A stretch of DNA of 64,000 nucleotides, taken from Syntrophaceae bacterium UBA6078. Lineage in GTDB: Bacteria; Desulfobacterota; Syntrophia; Syntrophales; UBA2210. The position numbers were made by a program, and so were the translations under genes. The notes under the pieces were generated by a model. It had not been told where the DNA came from, made no database searches, and saw nothing but the letters and a program-made list of their open reading frames with translations. Shown one piece after another: positions 28,341 through 36,620 of the stretch. Within the stretch, counting starts at the first letter, position 1. Every line of letters starts with the position of its first letter. The DNA is taken from the NCBI GenBank assembly GCA_002428735.1, contig DIXO01000009.1, positions 4,108 through 68,107 on the forward strand. The letters are read 5' to 3'.

Positions 28341-28748
28341 ATGGATTCAAAACTCTGGGCTATGTTAATCGGGCTTATAGCTGGTGCCTTTGGGTATTGG
28401 TTTACGACTTTTCATATGCAACCCATCTTAAGATTTCGGAATCTTCGAAACCAAGTATTAATGGATTTCATCTACTATGCTCAGGTTATAAATGCAGAAA
28501 AATTGAATGAAGATATGAAAAAGCTATTCCGAGAACGTGTACTTGTAAACAGAAGATCATCTGCTCAGCTATTTGCCGCAATACAGGATTTGCCATGGTG
28601 GTATTCGCATTACCTAAAACATAGGGGAATTGAACCGGAGAAGGCTGCTACCCACTTGATCGGGTATTCCAATACAACCGATTACGAAGATGCTCACAAA
28701 GTAGAGGAAGCGATCAGAAGGAATCTTAGGTTGCCAAAGCAAACATAA
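28341..28748 (+). CDS. hypothetical N-terminally membrane-anchored protein
   Basis: MDSKLWAMLIGLIAGAFGYWFTTF forms a TM helix, followed by a soluble helical region. AT-rich. No family recognised. Confidence 0.5.
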   Translation: MDSKLWAMLIGLIAGAFGYWFTTFHMQPILRFRNLRNQVLMDFIYYAQVINAEKLNEDMKKLFRERVLVNRRSSAQLFAAIQDLPWWYSHYLKHRGIEPEKAATHLIGYSNTTDYEDAHKVEEAIRRNLRLPKQT

Positions 28749-28883
28749 TCATAATCCTGAAACGTGTCGTCCCCGTTTAAGCTAGGAGAACAAAATAGGT
28801 ATTACCGATAAGACGAGTTAAAACCAGCCAGAGTTTTCTCGCCAGCTCCGCCGGTTTTGTTTTTAGTCAGAAGGGGAATCATA

Positions 28884-29573
28884 ATGTCAGCAGTAGGGGA
28901 CAACATAAGAAAAATACGGGAGGAGATTGCCGAAGCGGCCCTGCGGTCGGGGAGGGAGCCTTCCGCGGTCAGGCTGATGGCCGTGACCAAGACGGTGGAT
29001 GATGCCCGGATCTTGGAGGCGATCGAGGCCGGCGTGGATATCATGGGGGAAAATTACGTCCAGGAGGCGAAACGGAAGATCGAGACGATGAATGTGGATG
29101 TGAGATGGCACATGATCGGTCATCTGCAGTCGAACAAGGCCAAGTACGCCATCAGGCTTTTTGATATGATCCACTCCATCGACCGGCTGAGCCTGGCGGA
29201 GGAGCTTGACAAACGGTCCGCCGCCGTGGGTCGGGTCACCACTGTCCTCATTGAAGTGAACGTAAGCGGCGAGGAGAGCAAAAGCGGCATCCCGGCCGAA
29301 GAGGCGCCCGCACTGGTCAGAAAAATCGCATCCCTCGACAATCTCTCGATCCGGGGCCTCATGACGATGCCTCCCTGGTTCGAAGATCCCGAAAACGCCC
29401 GACCGTACTTTGCGGCCTTGCGGAAGTTGCGAGACCGTATTGCCGATGAGGAGATTCCGGGTGTCGATCTGCGCGAACTCTCCATGGGGATGTCGGCGGA
29501 TTACCGGGTCGCCGTGGAAGAGGGCGCGACCATTGTCAGGATCGGGACCGCCATATTCGGTCCCCGGGCATAG
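28884..29573 (+). CDS. yggS: YggS-family pyridoxal-phosphate homeostasis protein
   Basis: Contains LMAVTKT (PLP Lys), GENYVQEA, WHMIGHLQSNK and LSMGMSADY. I chose the start at 28884. Confidence 0.88.
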   Translation: MSAVGDNIRKIREEIAEAALRSGREPSAVRLMAVTKTVDDARILEAIEAGVDIMGENYVQEAKRKIETMNVDVRWHMIGHLQSNKAKYAIRLFDMIHSIDRLSLAEELDKRSAAVGRVTTVLIEVNVSGEESKSGIPAEEAPALVRKIASLDNLSIRGLMTMPPWFEDPENARPYFAALRKLRDRIADEEIPGVDLRELSMGMSADYRVAVEEGATIVRIGTAIFGPRA

Positions 29574-29582
29574 AGAGAAGAG

Positions 29583-30563
29583 TCAATCTTGTTCTTCAGG
29601 AACTTCTTCCTCAGCGGACGGTCCCTTGTAGATATATCTCTCGAGAAGCCGGTGGTAGGGCGTCCAGTTTGATCCATTTCGTGGACCGTTCATGAATTCC
29701 TCAAAAGCGTTTACCTTCGCGTCCAGATCATCCATATAGTTGACGATGAGTGCTTCCACCGTCTTTGGGCGTTTCGGAGATCCAAATTCCAGAACTCCGT
29801 GATGGCTGAGGAGTATATGACGAAGCTCGAGAGCGAGCTGCTTAGGGAAATTTTCGATCTCGGCAATTTTCGCGTCCACGAATTCCACGCCGAGGACGAT
29901 ATGGCCGACTAGACGTCCTTCGTCCGTGTAATCCATCGTGCCGTTGAAGGAAAGCTCGTGGATCTTCCCGATGTCATGGAGGATCCCTCCCGCCATGACA
30001 AGATCCCGATTCACGTTCCTGTAATGCTGCGTCGCCAGATCGAGGAGACGCGCCACGGAGAGGGTGTGTTCAAGAAGTCCCCCGATGTAGGCGTGATGAA
30101 AGCCTTTGGCCGCGGGCGCTTTTCGAAAGGCGTCCGCCGTCCGTTCATCACCGAACATCAGATTAAGGAGGGTCTTGAGGTGCGGGTTTTGCACCGTTTC
30201 TATGATCTTTTTGAGCGCCTCGAACATGTCGTCGATGTCGGACGCGGAGGACGGCAGATAATCGGCAGGGGTGATTGCCGGGTCATCGGCGAGAGAGATC
30301 TTTGATATGGACAACTGGACGACATTCCGAAAGCTCACGGCCTGGGACTGGATATGGATAATATCTCCCGTCCGGAAGATATCGTTCATCTCGGCAGCCC
30401 GGTCCCACACCCTCCCGTCAACCTCGCCCGTCTTGTCTCTGATCTTCAGATTCAGGTAAGGGTTCCCTTTCTGGGAGATGGCCATATTCTTTTCCGTGAC
30501 GAGAAACAGATCCTGGACTCGGTCCCCCGCCTGAATATCCTTCACATAGATCTGCTTGTTCAA
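29583..30563 (-). CDS. OB-fold + HD-domain protein (YhaM-like 3'-5' exoribonuclease family)
   Basis: The N-terminal OB fold (QDLFLV..K....KGNPYLNLKIRDKTGEVDGRVWD) is followed by the HD domain (GGLLEHTLSV...AGGILHDIGK). I prefer the TTG start at 30563, which overlaps the fdhD stop as TTGA. The ATG at 30599 is the alternative. Confidence 0.72.
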   Translation of the reverse strand: MNKQIYVKDIQAGDRVQDLFLVTEKNMAISQKGNPYLNLKIRDKTGEVDGRVWDRAAEMNDIFRTGDIIHIQSQAVSFRNVVQLSISKISLADDPAITPADYLPSSASDIDDMFEALKKIIETVQNPHLKTLLNLMFGDERTADAFRKAPAAKGFHHAYIGGLLEHTLSVARLLDLATQHYRNVNRDLVMAGGILHDIGKIHELSFNGTMDYTDEGRLVGHIVLGVEFVDAKIAEIENFPKQLALELRHILLSHHGVLEFGSPKRPKTVEALIVNYMDDLDAKVNAFEEFMNGPRNGSNWTPYHRLLERYIYKGPSAEEEVPEEQD

Positions 30564-31327
30564 AACCGTACCCGCCTTTCGTTGGAGTATACCTTGCATG
30601 TCCCCCCTCTCACGTGGCCGATGAGAGTAATACCCGCTTCACGGACGATATCGACGGCCTCGGATGTGGGGACCGAATGGGAAATCACGATGGGGATGCC
30701 CAGCATCCACGCTTTCTCGGCGATCTCAGAGGAAAACCTTCCCGTCTTGACGATGATCTTGTCTGAACAGTCGATGCCGGCGAGCAGGGCGTACCCGCCA
30801 AGCATGTCGATGGTGTTGTGCCGCCCGATGTCGTCTCTCAAAACGATCATTTTCTCCGTATCGGCGAGGGCCGAACAGTGGGTGCTGTGTGTCTCCTTGT
30901 GGAGTTGGGAAGAGGACAGCAGCTTTTCCATAAATTCGATCGCCTTCTTCGCGGATATGGAGGTATCCGATGTGACGAGATCTTTTTTCTGCCTCGATCC
31001 GCGTGCCTTTGCTCCGCTCGAGAGGATGAACAGATCTGAAGGATCGTGTCCCCCTTGTCCCGGACATTGTGTCAGGATGTCGACCCTTGATCCCTCGGGA
31101 GATACGGTGATTGCTTCTATATCATCCCGAGTATTGAGAACGCCCATCGACCGGAGGAATCCAGTTGCCAGTTCCTCGATGTGGATCCCCGTGCAGGCGA
31201 TGGTCGCGATCCTGCTGTCGTTCAGAAATATGTCCAGAAGTCTCTCCCGGATGACCGGCTCTGAGACCATCGATGTCTCTTTCCCGTTGTAAAATGTGAC
31301 ATCTATCTTTTCAATGGGACCCTTCAC
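30560..31327 (-). CDS. fdhD: formate dehydrogenase accessory sulfurtransferase FdhD
   Basis: Contains DIGRHNTIDMLGGYALL and SGRFSSEIAEKAWMLGIPIVISHSVPTSEAV, the conserved FdhD C-terminal half. Confidence 0.88.
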   Translation of the reverse strand: MKGPIEKIDVTFYNGKETSMVSEPVIRERLLDIFLNDSRIATIACTGIHIEELATGFLRSMGVLNTRDDIEAITVSPEGSRVDILTQCPGQGGHDPSDLFILSSGAKARGSRQKKDLVTSDTSISAKKAIEFMEKLLSSSQLHKETHSTHCSALADTEKMIVLRDDIGRHNTIDMLGGYALLAGIDCSDKIIVKTGRFSSEIAEKAWMLGIPIVISHSVPTSEAVDIVREAGITLIGHVRGGTCKVYSNERRVRF

Positions 31328-33234
31328 AGCGTTCTCTCTCTCAGCATTCGATGATTTTCCACCCGGATGGTCAGTTTTGTCTTGTCAAAATATTCCATAA
31401 GTGGAATTATGAATTTGCGCGACAGTCCCGTCAGCTCCTTGAAGGTGGCGGGAGAAGCCTTTCCGTCTTTGATGAGAAGCTTCCGGTAGTCTTCCCGGAG
31501 CCGGTCGAGGGCCTCCCGATAAAAATACATATCCTCATTGACCTTGACAAGCATATCGGTATTCAGCATGACATTCAGGATGTCGGTGACGGTTTTCTTT
31601 TTTGCGGGAAATGCAGCCAGCAACTCTTTCGTGGAAGGAGGCGTCAGTGCCGCCGTGCGATATATGCCGGCGATTTCTTCCCTGAGTTGCACCTCGTCGT
31701 CCTTCAGATTAACCGCGTGGCTCTCAATGCGAACCGTTTCATTCGCAGCGATGATCTTTCCATCATCTGCCAGGTCTTTGATCGCCCTGTTAAAGAGTTT
31801 GGGATCGATAAAACCTCCGAGGGTGGTCCTCAACTCTTCCCTGGAGAGGCCTTCTTTCAGGGGATATTTGTTGTGGTAAGCGGCGATCCCGGCGAGGACT
31901 CGTTTTTGGAAATCCGTGTAAACGCCGGATGAAACAACCCTGCGCTCATCGCGGTCGATGAGAAGAGCTTTTTTTTCGGAAAACATCTTTTCAAGGATCT
32001 TTTCCTGCTCGCCGGGGTGAAGGCCGGTCCGTATGGAAAGGCTCAGGATCGAGATGCCGCCCAGGCCGGCCCGTTCCAGTATGATGCCGGTTTTTTCCGG
32101 CCCCGTTCCCCGATGGAGCTTTTCGGTTTCGTCGAGCGCCGAGTGCTTTCGCCTCTTCTGGGCGAGCGGGTCGATGATATCACCCCCTCCGATCGTGGTG
32201 ACGGGAGAATAACTTCTGATCACAAACCGGTCCCCCGACATGGCCACCACCGGCGTGGCGGGAAGCACCTGGGCGTAAATCTTTTCTCCCGGTTCCAGTT
32301 CTTCTCTGTCCGGGAGTATGATTCTCGAAATGGTCTCGCTGGTCCCGGTGTGGAACCTGACGAGCGCCCGGTTTTTCAATTTCTTGCCCGCGCTGGAAAG
32401 ATATCTCAGATAAATGTCAAGACGATGTGACGGTTGAAAGGTCGAAGGACGGGTAAGAACGTCCCCTCTCTCTATTGTCGCCCGGTCAATCCCCTGAAGA
32501 TTGATGGCTGTTCGCTGTCCCGCCTGGGCTCTTTCCGCTGTTTCGTTGTGGACCTGGATCCCCCGTATCTTCGCCTGTCCCCCGGAAGGCATGATGGCAA
32601 TGGTATCGCCGACGCGTATCTTCCCGGAGGCGAGCGTTCCCGTGACCACCGTGCCGAACCCCTTCATGGTGAACACACGGTCCACGGCGAGTCTGAAGAG
32701 TCCCGAATCAGCCCGCTCATCCAAGGTGGCGATAACCGATTGGAGCGCCTGAAGAAATTCCGGAAGACCCGCGCCGGTCAGTGAGGACAGGGGAATAATC
32801 GGCGCCCCCTCAAGAAAGGTTTCCCCGAGGAAGCTCCTGACATCTTCCTGAACGAGGGCCAGCCAGTCCCCGTCCACCATATCCGTCTTTGTGAGGGCGA
32901 CGAGCCCTTTTTTGATGCCGAGAAGTTCGCAGATATCGAGATGTTCCCGCGTCTGCGGCATGACCCCTTCGTCGGCGGCGATTACCAGAACGACCAGGTC
33001 GATACCTCCCGCTCCGGCGACCATGTTCTTCACGAATTTTTCATGGCCGGGAACATCCACAATCCCGATCTTCTGTCCGTCAGGGAGCACTAGAGGGGCG
33101 AACCCCAGTTCGATCGTAATTCCCCGCTCTTTTTCCTCCTTCAGCCGGTCCGTATCTACGTTGGTGAGAGCCTTTATGAGGGACGTCTTTCCGTGATCGA
33201 CATGTCCCGCCGTGCCTACGATGATGTGTTTCAT
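31324..33234 (-). CDS. selB: selenocysteine-specific translation elongation factor SelB
   Basis: The start [24 protein letters not shown] carries the G1 motif. DVPGHEKF follows. The long C-terminal winged-helix extension gives about 636 aa. Confidence 0.92.
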   Translation of the reverse strand: MKHIIVGTAGHVDHGKTSLIKALTNVDTDRLKEEKERGITIELGFAPLVLPDGQKIGIVDVPGHEKFVKNMVAGAGGIDLVVLVIAADEGVMPQTREHLDICELLGIKKGLVALTKTDMVDGDWLALVQEDVRSFLGETFLEGAPIIPLSSLTGAGLPEFLQALQSVIATLDERADSGLFRLAVDRVFTMKGFGTVVTGTLASGKIRVGDTIAIMPSGGQAKIRGIQVHNETAERAQAGQRTAINLQGIDRATIERGDVLTRPSTFQPSHRLDIYLRYLSSAGKKLKNRALVRFHTGTSETISRIILPDREELEPGEKIYAQVLPATPVVAMSGDRFVIRSYSPVTTIGGGDIIDPLAQKRRKHSALDETEKLHRGTGPEKTGIILERAGLGGISILSLSIRTGLHPGEQEKILEKMFSEKKALLIDRDERRVVSSGVYTDFQKRVLAGIAAYHNKYPLKEGLSREELRTTLGGFIDPKLFNRAIKDLADDGKIIAANETVRIESHAVNLKDDEVQLREEIAGIYRTAALTPPSTKELLAAFPAKKKTVTDILNVMLNTDMLVKVNEDMYFYREALDRLREDYRKLLIKDGKASPATFKELTGLSRKFIIPLMEYFDKTKLTIRVENHRMLRERTL

Positions 33235-33389
33235 GGTTTCAGATGGCCCCTTCATCTTTATGGAAAAATAGCAAAAACGCGCGGGTTGCACAAGGAGATT
33301 GTCTGCAAGAAAACGCTGATGCCGCCAATCTCCTTTGCCGCCAATCTCCTTTTGTTATCAGGATGGCTATGCTATACAATGAGGCCATT

Positions 33390-33845
33390 ATGAGAATGCT
33401 GGGCTTGGACTACGGCGAAAAAAGGATAGGGGTGGCGGTCTGCGATGAACTGGGTATGTTTGCCAGGGGGATTGCCACCATTGTCAGAAAATACTGGAAA
33501 CGTGATATCGCGCAGATTGCCGCTCTGGCGGACGAATATGCCGCCAGGAGAATCGTTGTCGGGTATCCCGTGAGACTGGATGGAACGGAGGGGATTGCCT
33601 GTGAGAAGGTCAACCGGTTTATCGATGCCCTCGCGGCGGGGGTGGGCGTGCCCGTTGTAAAATGGGATGAAGCCCTTTCCACGAAAGAGGCGGAAGAGCT
33701 CCTGAGAGAAAGGGATGTGAACAGCAGAAAGGGAAGGACGGTTGTCGACAGGATAGCAGCCGCCGTTATTCTCCAGGACTATCTGAATAATATTGCGGAT
33801 GTTCCCCCAGCCGACCCTGTGAATTCCGGGAAAGAACAGGAATAA
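33390..33845 (+). CDS. ruvX: YqgF/RuvX putative pre-16S rRNA nuclease / Holliday junction resolvase-like protein
   Basis: Contains MRMLGLDYGEKRIGVAVCD and VVGYPVRLDGTEG....V..F...L, matching the RuvX pattern. Confidence 0.88.
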   Translation: MRMLGLDYGEKRIGVAVCDELGMFARGIATIVRKYWKRDIAQIAALADEYAARRIVVGYPVRLDGTEGIACEKVNRFIDALAAGVGVPVVKWDEALSTKEAEELLRERDVNSRKGRTVVDRIAAAVILQDYLNNIADVPPADPVNSGKEQE

Positions 33846-34858
33846 TGAAACGAAGACTGCTCAAGGCGGGAGTAGCCGCGGGTGTGACATGCGTGGTTGC
33901 TGCCGTCATCCTGATCCTCGTCTTTGTCAATTACGCGAACAGTCCCTTAGACTTTGAATACCGCGAGGTGACGGTAGAGATACCCCGGGGCAGTTCATTT
34001 GCTCAGGCGGCCGACCTCCTTGTCGGAGCGGGATTGCTGAAGCATACGAAAAGATTCTGCTTTCTGGCTTTTATAACGGGTGTGTCGAAACGGATTCAGG
34101 CGGGCGAGTATGATTTGCGAAGTTCCATGACCCCTGTAAATGTGCTTGACCAACTGATCAGAGGGAAGGTTAAAGAATACCAGGTTTTCATTCCTGAAGG
34201 ATTCACGTTGCGACGGATAGCCGACCGCCTCGAAGATGCGGGACTCGCCCGTCAGGACACCTTTATCGGCCTCGCGTCGAACCGTTTGCTCCTGGCTTCC
34301 CTCGGCATAGAGGGCACAAGTGCCGAAGGGTACCTTTTCCCCGATACCCATACCCTCAACAAATCAATGGGCGAAGAGGGGATTATACGGTTTATGGTTC
34401 GACAGTTCAGGAAGGCGGTGACGCCAGACATGCTGAAGAAGGCGAAGGAACTGAACCTGACAGAGCACGAGATGGTAACCCTTGCCTCCATTATCGAAAA
34501 GGAGGGAGGGCCACAGGAGGAACGCCCTCTCGTATCCGCCGTCTTTCACAACAGGCTGAGGAAGGGGATGAGACTGCAAAGCGATCCCACGGTCATCTAT
34601 GATATTGAGGACTTCGACGGAAATCTCAGACGGGAGGATCTCGAGAGAAAAACCCCGTATAATACCTACCAGATAAAAGGCCTGCCTCCGGGCCCCATCT
34701 GCAGTCCGGGGCTGGAGGCGATCAAGGCCGCTCTCCACCCGGCCCCGGTGGATTACCTCTATTTCGTGTCAAAAAACGACGGTTCCCATCATTTTTCGTC
34801 CAATCTGGAAGACCACAACAGAGCAGTCCAAAAATATCAAATTAAAAGAAGAAAATAG
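33845..34858 (+). CDS. mltG: endolytic murein transglycosylase MltG (YceG-like)
   Basis: It has an N-terminal TM helix and contains LASIIEKEG, SVFHNRLRKGMRLQSDPTV, YNTY...GLPPGPI.SPG and HHFS. Confidence 0.9.
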   Translation: MKRRLLKAGVAAGVTCVVAAVILILVFVNYANSPLDFEYREVTVEIPRGSSFAQAADLLVGAGLLKHTKRFCFLAFITGVSKRIQAGEYDLRSSMTPVNVLDQLIRGKVKEYQVFIPEGFTLRRIADRLEDAGLARQDTFIGLASNRLLLASLGIEGTSAEGYLFPDTHTLNKSMGEEGIIRFMVRQFRKAVTPDMLKKAKELNLTEHEMVTLASIIEKEGGPQEERPLVSAVFHNRLRKGMRLQSDPTVIYDIEDFDGNLRREDLERKTPYNTYQIKGLPPGPICSPGLEAIKAALHPAPVDYLYFVSKNDGSHHFSSNLEDHNRAVQKYQIKRRK

Positions 34859-34869
34859 CGTTTTTTTTC

Positions 34870-34898
34870 TTGACAAAGCCGCCACGCGCTCTTATAGT
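34870..34898 (+). promoter_or_regulatory. near-consensus sigma70-type promoter of the dcw cluster (Pmra-like)
   Basis: TTGACA (34870-34875), a 17-nt spacer, then TATAGT (34893-34898), about 45 nt upstream of mraZ. Confidence 0.6.
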
Positions 34899-34906
34899 TC
34901 GACCAA

Positions 34907-34931
34907 GTGGAGCAAAGTGGATGATTGTGGA
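34907..34931 (+). promoter_or_regulatory. three phased GTGGA boxes (putative MraZ operator)
   Basis: GTGGA occurs at 34907, 34917 and 34927, exactly 10 bp apart and just downstream of the -10. MraZ is known to bind triple direct repeats with 10-bp periodicity in its own promoter. Confidence 0.55.
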
Positions 34932-34942
34932 GGTCTCAGTCA

Positions 34943-35389
34943 TTGTCAGTATTTAGGGGAAGATACTACCACACCATTGATGAAAAGGGGAGAATAATCT
35001 TCCCGGCCAGGCTGTGCCAGGTCTTCACGGAAAAGTATGACGAGCGGATGGTGATCACGAACTGGGACGGGTGTCTCCTGGTTTTTCCCTACAACGAATG
35101 GGTTGCCATCGAAGAGAAGGTCTTCGCCCAGTCGATCATCAGAAAAGAGGTGCGGGCGTTTCAACGGCTCTTCATGTCGGGTGCCGTTGACTGTTCTTTC
35201 AATGAGCAGAGAAGGGTGCTGATTCCACCCGCTCTCAGGGAATACGCGAAACTTGAGAAAGAGATCGTTCTCGCCGGGATGGGGCGGAGCATAGAGATCT
35301 GGAACAGGGAACGGTTTGAAAAGGAGATCGAAAACTCGAACCAGAACGTAGAGGCCTTCAGCGATTACATGGCTGATCTGGGGATATGA
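34943..35389 (+). CDS. mraZ: transcriptional regulator MraZ
   Basis: Contains (M)SVFRGRYYHTIDEKGRIIFPARL, and a second SpoVT/AbrB repeat with RVLIPPALREYA. The TTG start at 34943 lies 9 nt after GGAGG. Confidence 0.9.
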   Translation: MSVFRGRYYHTIDEKGRIIFPARLCQVFTEKYDERMVITNWDGCLLVFPYNEWVAIEEKVFAQSIIRKEVRAFQRLFMSGAVDCSFNEQRRVLIPPALREYAKLEKEIVLAGMGRSIEIWNRERFEKEIENSNQNVEAFSDYMADLGI

Positions 35390-36327
35390 GACAGTCAGCC
35401 TACCACGAACCGGTGATGCTGAGAGAGGCGGTTGATTCTCTGGGTTGCAGACCGGGGGGCGTGTATTTCGATGGCACGGTAGGGGGCGGGGGGCACGCAT
35501 ATGAGATCCTGGCGAGTACTGCCCCGGATGGAATCCTGATCGGGGTTGACCGCGACGATGATGCCCTCGCCGAGTGCGCCCGAAGGCTGGAGGTCTTCGG
35601 GAGTCGAGCGATTCTGGTGAAAGGAAATTTCGCACGGATCGACGCCATACTGTCGGGGTTGGGTTTTGAAAAAGTGAGCGGGATACTGCTGGATCTGGGC
35701 GTTTCGTCCCACCAGTTCGATGCCCCCGAGAGGGGATTCGGGTTTTCCCGGGACGCGCCGCTCGATATGCGGATGGACCGGGACGATACCGTGACGGCAT
35801 TTGATATCGTGAACGGGTTTCCGGAAGAGAAGCTGAGGAAGATCATCAGAGATTATGGTGAAGAGATGATGCCCGGAAGGATTGTGCGCGCAATTTCGGA
35901 AAGGCGCAAGCTGTCTCCCATACGAACAACGGGTGAACTGGCTGCGATCATCGCCGGCGCGCTGCCGAATCACCTCAAAAAGAAGAAGATACATCCCGCC
36001 ACAAAGACCTTTCAGGCCCTCCGCATAGTCGTCAATAATGAGCTTGAAAATCTTCATGCCGCAATAGAACGGGGCATTGAAATGCTGGAAGAGGGGGGGA
36101 GATTCTCCGTGATCGCCTTCCACTCGCTTGAAGACCGAATGGTAAAGGAACTGTTCCGCTCCTGGGAGAAGGGGTGTGTGTGTCCCCCCGATTTTCCCGT
36201 TTGCCGCTGCGGCAGAACGGGCAAGCTGAAAGTGTTGACCAAGAGACCTTGGATGCCCGGCGAGGCAGAGATCATCTCCAATCCAAGAGCGCGAAGCGCC
36301 CGCTTGAGAACGGCGGTGAGGGTCTGA
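35386..36327 (+). CDS. rsmH: 16S rRNA (cytosine1402-N4)-methyltransferase
   Basis: Contains YHEPVMLREAV, DGTVGGGGHA, LDLGVSSHQFD and SLEDR.VK. Confidence 0.93.
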   Translation: MRQSAYHEPVMLREAVDSLGCRPGGVYFDGTVGGGGHAYEILASTAPDGILIGVDRDDDALAECARRLEVFGSRAILVKGNFARIDAILSGLGFEKVSGILLDLGVSSHQFDAPERGFGFSRDAPLDMRMDRDDTVTAFDIVNGFPEEKLRKIIRDYGEEMMPGRIVRAISERRKLSPIRTTGELAAIIAGALPNHLKKKKIHPATKTFQALRIVVNNELENLHAAIERGIEMLEEGGRFSVIAFHSLEDRMVKELFRSWEKGCVCPPDFPVCRCGRTGKLKVLTKRPWMPGEAEIISNPRARSARLRTAVRV

Positions 36328-36329
36328 AA

Positions 36330-36620
36330 ATGCCGGTAGCCAGAAAAAAAAGGGAGGGATGGAAGATTGTCCGTCTTATTGTTGTTGCGCTTCTCTTCAT
36401 GGCCACCGCCCTCACCTACGTCTGGTTCCGGATCAGTATTACGAGCATTGATTATCGGATAGCTGGGGAGATGCATCGAAGGGATGCCCTGCTGGAGGAA
36501 AACAGAAAATTGAAGGTGGAGATAGCGACACTCAAATCCCCGGGCAGGATAGAATCCATTGCGCGGGCTAAGCTGGGTATGCGCTATCCGGAAAGGGATC
36601 AGGTGATTTTCCTGCGATGA
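36330..36620 (+). CDS. ftsL: cell division protein FtsL-like
   Basis: 96 aa with a single TM helix followed by a coiled coil (LLEENRKLKVEIATLKSP). It sits in the canonical position between rsmH and ftsI. Confidence 0.7.
   Translation: MPVARKKREGWKIVRLIVVALLFMATALTYVWFRISITSIDYRIAGEMHRRDALLEENRKLKVEIATLKSPGRIESIARAKLGMRYPERDQVIFLR

Noticed and set aside
34946-36123. Minus-strand ORFs of 284 aa, 242 aa and 148 aa opposite mraZ/rsmH.
   Set aside because: They are shadow ORFs with Pro/Arg-rich composition, no RBS and no recognisable domains. The plus-strand genes are unambiguous.
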